DNA of 64,000 nt from an uncultured Gammaproteobacteria bacterium (GTDB lineage: Bacteria; Patescibacteriota; Microgenomatia; UBA10105; UBA927). The notes beneath the pieces are model-generated. The model did no database searches, was not told the DNA's origin, and worked only from the letters and a program-made list of their open reading frames with translations. The stretch spans positions 66,068-130,067 of the forward strand of contig CAZKLT010000002.1 of assembly GCA_964553825.1 (NCBI GenBank), written 5' to 3'. The translations under genes were made by a program, and so were the position numbers. The stretch's first letter is position 1. Every line of letters starts with the position of its first letter. Positions 57,910 to 64,000 of this stretch are shown piece by piece.

Positions 57910-60900
57910 ATGCCGGCAGATCCAGAAAGACTAAAAAAAGTCCTCGAAGCGTTGGCACCCAAAAAACCCATGGGCGATCCCGGCGGGCCAAAAGGTGCTA
58001 CTGAGGCAAAAGGAGCGACACCGTCAAAAAAGGTTGAAAAAAAACCAGAACGCCACCAACCAAACACAGAAGGACAGAAGGCTGCTTCGGATACTGTCGC
58101 AGTAGCGGAGGGTCCGCACGATGTCCCAAAAGATGTATCAATTCAGGATGAGTTCGTCAGAATCGAGCTTATTCGGGGAGAGCCGCTTGCCACTTCGGAG
58201 AAGATTGCCAAGCTCAGTGAACGGCATAAGCCAACAAGTCAGGCCCTTCAAGGCGGATTGAGAGCGCTTGAAAGCGTGGACTGGGACAATCCGTCAGCTG
58301 AACAGTGGAAACAAATCCAGGCGATCGTGAGCAAGATGCCCCGCGTGGGACAGCTTGATTCACCACGGGATCAGGAAATATTACGCGAGGCGCACCAATC
58401 CATTCTTTCACATTATTTTGATCACAAAGATGCCTATACATCACAGCAGATAGAGCTAGGCGCAGTAACAACCACTGTTCCATACGGAGACGCAGAGCGA
58501 TATCAGGCGGAACGGCAGGCAGTGGAGGCAGACGCAGAGCGACGGCTGCACCTGGATACTGTTGAGGACACGCGGCAATACATTAACGAGGTACTTTCTG
58601 AGGTTAGTGATGGGCCAGCGGCAGAGCTTTTGGCGCGTAAACCAATTCAATCGGAACAGGTCGCCCAATTTATGCAGGAGCAGTTTGCCCAGGGTCAGAC
58701 GTTTGACCAGGCGGCAAGGAACCTAATGGAAGAGTACATGAGCCCTAATCAGCCGTTTGCGGCACAGGACGGCTCTGAAATTCGACGGATAGCGGCCACC
58801 GTCGACATGGTTGCGCCTTCAGGAGAGCGGATATTGAGTATTGAGGGAGGGGCACCGACCAGGCGCACAGCGCGACGCCCTGCGACAGGCGGGGGCGGGC
58901 GGGAGATTACCGCATCCATGCTTAAAGGACTGAAAGGACCCAAAAAAGACATAGATGATTTCAGGAGAGAAGCAGAAGCATTTAACATTCGTGCGCGCGC
59001 AGGCGGCGCAGAAGCAGATGCACAAGTTGCATATTTTGCCAAAGCGATGGATGAAACGAGGTTCGTCATCCTCATCGATAAGAGTCCCGCACTCAAAGCG
59101 CATATGGAAACCCTCAAGGCGCAGGGTCGTGAATGGGTGAAGAAGCAGAATTTTTCCAAAGAAGTGGAGCGGGGATGGAGCAGTCTATACCTGTCATATG
59201 AAGAAATGAAACAATCATGGAGAAGTCCCGAGGCAATATCCAGCATGTGGCAGGATCGTGCGAATTCCGACGCCAAGCGCGGCGTGTACGAGAGCGAATG
59301 GCAGGACTCAAGCAAGCGGAATTATTCTCAGCTCATTCAGTACATTTCTAGCGCTGACTATCAGCGACATCGGATTGCCTACATTGAAAATCCGGAAAAT
59401 TGGCACGAAATTTCAGAATTAAGCGGCCAGAGAATTACGAGCTTGGCGGAGGCGAAAAATCATTCATGGTACCGGGAGGTGGATAACGCAGAAGAATATC
59501 AGGCCTGGCGGGACCGTATGGCAGATCGTATTCGTGCGCGTGGTGACTTAAACCGGCTTCAGATTGCCATCCAGACGGATGTGGAGATGGATAAGATCAA
59601 GGGGCTGTATGCCGATTTTGGAGATGCGGGATACCCCCTTATCTTAAATGAACGTAATGGCTTGAACCTTGCCGCCTTTGAGATACTCAAAGAGCGGGGC
59701 GCCAGTATTATTTATGACGAAAACGGAAATATCCGTGCGCTTACCGCAGGAAGTCTTATTCAGCTGGAGAAAGATGTGGTGAATCAAATGTGGGCACAGC
59801 GGGACCTCTATCGAGACCGGTTTAACGAGTGGGACGGAAGTATTGGTGCGGATGCTAACGGCGATGTCCTGAAAGACGCTCGCGGTAATGTGGTGAGGCG
59901 ATCGCTTGAGAAAGCGGATATTGAAGCTGCGGTTACTGAGGTATCGTTTCTTATCACCGCCACAGGACAGCGGGCCCAGATTTTTGGCAAGGCAGCAACC
60001 CCGCTTGAAATGAGGCATCAGACAGGCAATCCTATGGCATTCGGTGGTCAGCCTGCTGAGGGAAAGATTCTTTTTGCGATGTCACCGTTTAAGTGGCTTC
60101 TGGACCGATGGGCACTGAAAAGCGACTTTGCAGCGCTCACAATGCGAAACATGTTCACTGCTGAATCTATTCGGGCGGGTGTCGATACGCAGTGGCGAAC
60201 GCGCTTGGCTCATATTAGCCACGGTTCAGAGGAGTGGAACCGGTTGGTAAAAATGGCATTTAATATTAATGATTTAAACGATGCGGACGCTGTGAAAGGC
60301 GCATTTTCGACCCTTCGCTTCGAGCGGGGAGCCATGGGAAATACATTGAAAGACAAACTTAAGTTTGCAAGTAAACATTTTTTGTTGCGCACTAATCTCG
60401 AGGGTGCGATTCGAACTCCACCGGAAACGCTCGCGCAATTAACGAAAGACGATCTTTTGGAACAGATTCTGTATCGGGAAGGGAGACGGCTTCTGGATGC
60501 GCGTATTTCCGGTGCATATCACATTATCGATTCAGGCTGGCAGATCGGTACGCAGCGTGACGCGCTCAAAGACTTCGGCATCTATACGGACAGCAACGGA
60601 GTGCTTCTCCATGAGGTGGCTCGCTTGGATGTGGGAGCGTTGTTTGATACGTCTGCGGATCATCATAGCATTGATCACGCTACTGAACATTTGAAGCACC
60701 ACACCTTCAAACTCATGGGGAAGTTTGATCCGATTGCAAGCATTGATGCATTGGCAACCAAGATGCACGACAAGACCTTTGAGTGGTTTCGTGATAACGC
60801 AACACTTCTCAATGTGTTTAAGAACGCGGATATGGGGGAGCATACGATCCGGTACGACGCTGCCAATCCACAGGCCTTCGCGCGGGATACCATCAGGGCC

Positions 60901-61971
60901 GCTTCAATGCGCAGATCAATGATTGACACGGAGCTTGCCCTTACCCGCGTCAGGGATCCGGGAACCGGAAGAATGATCGAGACGCCGCAGGCACCGGTCG
61001 ATTACTCGAAATGGACAGGCAATCTTAATGATTTTTCACCGCAGGAGCGGGCGGCGATTCTGAAGATTAGCGCCGCCACCGGAGACCGGTCACTGACGCC
61101 TGAGGCCAACGCCAAGGCATATTTGGACGTCATGAAGGCAGCATCGGACTTTGCGCTCCGAGCGCCAATCATTGATGATCTCGCCAGTCCTATGTACGCT
61201 GCGTACTTTACCACGGTGAACAAGATCGACCCCCGTGTGAAATTTATTGATGGTATTAAGGATAATAATCCGGATCACCAGAATACCAGTCTTATGTGGT
61301 CCAATAGGATCAGCGCCATTCCCGGCGGTCACGGGGCCGGAGGTGGATTTGCGCGGTGGGCAGGAGACACGCAGAACTCGGTAAAGGGCCTGGGAGAGCA
61401 TCTCTTGGCGTTGCTTGAGGCGAAAGATACGAAAACGTTTATGATGCACTTTAAGCCGTTTGTCGATACTATTGCCTATAGTGGAGGTCAGGAGGGGGCA
61501 AAGGCGCCTGTCGGTCAAACGTTGTTTTACGGCTGGAGCCAGGCGGTTATGAAAGATATTGAATTTGACCTTGCAGGCATTGGGGACGCAACGACGATGG
61601 ATATTTCACCGGCACAGAGGGCGGGCGGACAGGGGATTCAACCATTAAGCCGCATTGACATTGATCATTTGAGCCACGATGTAGAAGCGGCGATAGGGGA
61701 GAAGTTCCATAATCGTATGCATAACTTTACGGCCGCGATGGAAAAGAAATATAGCATTGCAACGAATATAAGTGTCAGCACCCCGAACATAAAGATAGGG
61801 AGACTGAAGATTCGTTCGCGGCAGCTTTTTAAGGGTCGTATCCCGCATGTACGTTTATACAATCTTCATGCTTTTGCCCTCGTGGGAGGTGCGCTCTTGG
61901 CCATGGGTGCGTTTGGAGCTGCAAAGAAGGGTTGGGGCGATTCCTCAGGCGGGTCAAGCGAGCACCACTAA
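57910..61971 (+). CDS. Very large hypothetical protein (1353 aa), helical, with hydrophobic C-terminal segment
   Basis: Long uninterrupted ORF with no motif I recognise; LHAFALVGGALLAMGAFG near the C-terminus. Confidence 0.75.
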   Translation: MPADPERLKKVLEALAPKKPMGDPGGPKGATEAKGATPSKKVEKKPERHQPNTEGQKAASDTVAVAEGPHDVPKDVSIQDEFVRIELIRGEPLATSEKIAKLSERHKPTSQALQGGLRALESVDWDNPSAEQWKQIQAIVSKMPRVGQLDSPRDQEILREAHQSILSHYFDHKDAYTSQQIELGAVTTTVPYGDAERYQAERQAVEADAERRLHLDTVEDTRQYINEVLSEVSDGPAAELLARKPIQSEQVAQFMQEQFAQGQTFDQAARNLMEEYMSPNQPFAAQDGSEIRRIAATVDMVAPSGERILSIEGGAPTRRTARRPATGGGGREITASMLKGLKGPKKDIDDFRREAEAFNIRARAGGAEADAQVAYFAKAMDETRFVILIDKSPALKAHMETLKAQGREWVKKQNFSKEVERGWSSLYLSYEEMKQSWRSPEAISSMWQDRANSDAKRGVYESEWQDSSKRNYSQLIQYISSADYQRHRIAYIENPENWHEISELSGQRITSLAEAKNHSWYREVDNAEEYQAWRDRMADRIRARGDLNRLQIAIQTDVEMDKIKGLYADFGDAGYPLILNERNGLNLAAFEILKERGASIIYDENGNIRALTAGSLIQLEKDVVNQMWAQRDLYRDRFNEWDGSIGADANGDVLKDARGNVVRRSLEKADIEAAVTEVSFLITATGQRAQIFGKAATPLEMRHQTGNPMAFGGQPAEGKILFAMSPFKWLLDRWALKSDFAALTMRNMFTAESIRAGVDTQWRTRLAHISHGSEEWNRLVKMAFNINDLNDADAVKGAFSTLRFERGAMGNTLKDKLKFASKHFLLRTNLEGAIRTPPETLAQLTKDDLLEQILYREGRRLLDARISGAYHIIDSGWQIGTQRDALKDFGIYTDSNGVLLHEVARLDVGALFDTSADHHSIDHATEHLKHHTFKLMGKFDPIASIDALATKMHDKTFEWFRDNATLLNVFKNADMGEHTIRYDAANPQAFARDTIRAASMRRSMIDTELALTRVRDPGTGRMIETPQAPVDYSKWTGNLNDFSPQERAAILKISAATGDRSLTPEANAKAYLDVMKAASDFALRAPIIDDLASPMYAAYFTTVNKIDPRVKFIDGIKDNNPDHQNTSLMWSNRISAIPGGHGAGGGFARWAGDTQNSVKGLGEHLLALLEAKDTKTFMMHFKPFVDTIAYSGGQEGAKAPVGQTLFYGWSQAVMKDIEFDLAGIGDATTMDISPAQRAGGQGIQPLSRIDIDHLSHDVEAAIGEKFHNRMHNFTAAMEKKYSIATNISVSTPNIKIGRLKIRSRQLFKGRIPHVRLYNLHAFALVGGALLAMGAFGAAKKGWGDSSGGSSEHH

Positions 61972-61994
61972 TTGACGCGAGATACGTCTCCTAT

Positions 61995-63509
61995 TTACGT
62001 TCCGTGTGCGTCTTTCTTTCCTCCGCCACCGGTGAGTTTGTCCCAGAGTCCGGCCGGTGCCAGTGATTTGAAGTAATATGCCGTCGACAGGAGGTTCATG
62101 GCGGTCCCGCCAGCGCCGCCGAAGTCCATCATCGGCAAGGCCGGTTTGGCTTTGAGTGATTCTTTTACGGATCCGGCAACCTGCGGGATCGCAAACAGGA
62201 TGCCCAACGCAACGATCGCAGCAACAGACGTTGTGTTATTCGAGAATCCGACGCTGGTGTATGGCGGCATCCAGATCGTTTCCTGCGGGAGTGCAGACGG
62301 ATCGCGGGTAAACTGTGTAAACATCGCAGAAAGCATGAACATAGCGCCGCCGATGGGGAACACGGCAAGATTTGCTACCAGATTCTTAAACCATGAACTA
62401 AAGGCATTGCTGCCCGGGAACGCCTCTCCCAGAAGCTGCAGCGGTGCCATGAGAAGTGAAATGATAATCTGGATATATGCAGAGATGAAGAAAAATGCCA
62501 GCCGAATAAAGAGATACAGCATTGCAATGCTCAGCAGGAGGTGTACCAGCGGAAGTGCCGCAAGAAGAATCGTTGCCGCACCACCTCCGACAATGTTCAG
62601 AGGTATAAGGAAAATAGCAGACAAAACGCCAAGTATGGAGAGGCCCGCACTGACGCCGGCAGACCATCCTTGCGTATTCCATCCGAAGAGAATTTTGTAG
62701 GGATCCCATTCTATCGCGCCGAAATTTGCCATCAGGCCTCCCTGTGAATACAGTGCTTCCGCAGTTGCATTGTCTCCCGCTAACATTCCGGTGATTGTTC
62801 CTGGATCGGGAGCAGGCAGGTAGCCCGTTGACTTAAACAGCGCAATAGCAAAGTACAGCACGATGTACATGGCGTCTATAGCAAGGCCGACAATGGCGTA
62901 CGAGAAAGTGATAAGTATGAGCGCGATAACGACTCTCGGGATGGCATTCTGTGCGGTGACCACGGTTTTTGGATCTATTTTTTTGCGGAACATGACCATA
63001 AATCCCAGGACAATCATGACGAGGGCCATCAGAAGATAGGCGATATTGCGGAATGCTTTCCAGATCGGCAGAAGGGGAGCCAGGCCGGAAAATCCAATGC
63101 CCTGGGCATACACCGGCTTGGGGATAAATCCAAGCGTGTGACCCATATCCGCAATCCATGTTCCGGTATCTGCGGGTTTTTCCATAAAGGTTGAGGCGAT
63201 AATTTTCCCCAGCGTTCCTACCGTACTGTTGGAAGCACACTCTTGTACGTTTCCTGTGCTTGCCATACAGAGGGTTCCGCCGATTTTATCGGAGATATCC
63301 AGCATGCCGACCGTATTTCCGAGACTCCAGGATGACTCGAGATTTACGTATTCGTCACCATAAATAGCGTCTCCCACCGCTTTATCTGACGGATGCTTCC
63401 AGGAGGCGGGATTAGCCGCAGGCGGTGCCTGGGCAAAGACGGGCGACAGGAAAGAAACGCCTAAAAGCGTCATGAAAGCTATGAGAGTGAAGCGCAAAAA
63501 TCGGTTCAT
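61995..63509 (-). CDS. Polytopic VirB6/TrbL-like membrane protein
   Basis: Signal peptide, WKAFRNIAY, IPRVVIALILITFSYAI and APLQLL...P motifs; multiple TMs; lies next to the pilin gene. Confidence 0.7.
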   Translation of the reverse strand: MNRFLRFTLIAFMTLLGVSFLSPVFAQAPPAANPASWKHPSDKAVGDAIYGDEYVNLESSWSLGNTVGMLDISDKIGGTLCMASTGNVQECASNSTVGTLGKIIASTFMEKPADTGTWIADMGHTLGFIPKPVYAQGIGFSGLAPLLPIWKAFRNIAYLLMALVMIVLGFMVMFRKKIDPKTVVTAQNAIPRVVIALILITFSYAIVGLAIDAMYIVLYFAIALFKSTGYLPAPDPGTITGMLAGDNATAEALYSQGGLMANFGAIEWDPYKILFGWNTQGWSAGVSAGLSILGVLSAIFLIPLNIVGGGAATILLAALPLVHLLLSIAMLYLFIRLAFFFISAYIQIIISLLMAPLQLLGEAFPGSNAFSSWFKNLVANLAVFPIGGAMFMLSAMFTQFTRDPSALPQETIWMPPYTSVGFSNNTTSVAAIVALGILFAIPQVAGSVKESLKAKPALPMMDFGGAGGTAMNLLSTAYYFKSLAPAGLWDKLTGGGGKKDAHGT

Positions 63510-63525
63510 GACTATTTGTATTATC

Positions 63526-63867
63526 CTACGTTGGTATCGCAAACTGCAAGATCTGATCAACCCCGGTAAATACACTAATAATTCTGATAATGAGGTATGC
63601 CGCTACGATAACAACAAGTCCGATGACGGCGTTTGTTAGTGTACCTTTTGCCTGTTCCATTTTTTTCTGGTCCCCTCCGGCAAAGAGATACGTAAATCCG
63701 GATGTGACGAACATGAGAAATAAGGCAACGCCGGAGATGGCGACAATGGTGCTGACGAAATTCGCGAATAATGTTTCCAGCGATCGGATCGTGGCAACAC
63801 CTCCTTCGAGGTTCTGCAGCTCCTCAGCGTAGACATGAAATTGCGGCAACAGGCGCAAGAAATCCAT
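63526..63867 (-). CDS. TrbC/VirB2-like (CPR-type) pilin
   Basis: Two hydrophobic helices joined by AGGDQKKMEQAKGTLTNAVIGL. Confidence 0.85.
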   Translation of the reverse strand: MDFLRLLPQFHVYAEELQNLEGGVATIRSLETLFANFVSTIVAISGVALFLMFVTSGFTYLFAGGDQKKMEQAKGTLTNAVIGLVVIVAAYLIIRIISVFTGVDQILQFAIPT

Positions 63868-63979
63868 GTACCTATTGTAGCATGATTATCCGTACGTCGC
63901 GAGAAAGAAAAAGTCTCGTTTGGATGACTGGAATCGTTATTTACGTTGGTCCGTTCCTCGCTGACCTTCGAAAAAACGA

Positions 63980-64000
63980 TTAGAATGGCGTCGGGAAGTT
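63980..64000 (-). CDS. 3' end of an upstream gene (possibly another pilin)
   Basis: The minus strand reads NFPTPF-TAA at the window edge; too short to identify. Confidence 0.3.
   Translation of the reverse strand, partial: NFPTPF

Noticed and set aside
47563-64000. Integrative conjugative element or plasmid
   Set aside because: No relaxase, integrase or att repeats seen; adjacent to dnaN with nadD embedded.
1-64000. CRISPR arrays, tRNA/rRNA genes, transposases, alternative genetic code
   Set aside because: No spaced direct repeats or RNA-gene-like intergenic sequence noticed by eye; spacers are all about 200 bp or less; conserved genes end at TGA, consistent with code 11.

Overview
Compact, almost fully coding 64-kb segment around the replication origin of a bacterium that is probably Patescibacteria/CPR (Microgenomates-like). 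That assignment is inferred from DUF4012, CPR-type pilin, the PrgI/VirB4/VirD4 cluster and leaderless-style starts. TGA is read as stop. Layout: (1) 1-6.7 kb: DUF4012 gene, flippase, RNase HI, O-antigen-ligase-like gene and the rpmH-rnpA-yidD-yidC-jag operon (rpmH is missing from the ORF track). (2) 6.7-44.8 kb: a ~38-kb surface-glycan island separating rpmH from dnaA. It encodes a Wzm/Wzt exporter, a LicC-like cytidylyltransferase, a TagB/F-like polymerase, an aldo-keto reductase, three PLP enzymes (one resembling L-threonine transaldolases), four methyltransferases, plant-like RGP/UDP-arabinopyranose mutase and GDP-mannose 3,5-epimerase homologues, many glycosyltransferases (one split at an A8 tract) and a propeller-glycoside hydrolase fusion. 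(3) 44.9-47.6 kb: dnaA, oriC (DnaA boxes plus DnaA-trios) and dnaN. (4) 47.6-64 kb: a relaxase-less type IV secretion-like cluster (M23 peptidase, VirB4, PrgI, VirD4, VirB6-like, pilin) with nadD and a 1353-aa orphan. The best candidate for an undescribed system is the 12.4-23.8 kb module, which may build and export an amino-polyol-phosphate, methylated, teichoic-acid-like polymer. All family calls come from motif recognition by eye; no database searches were run.
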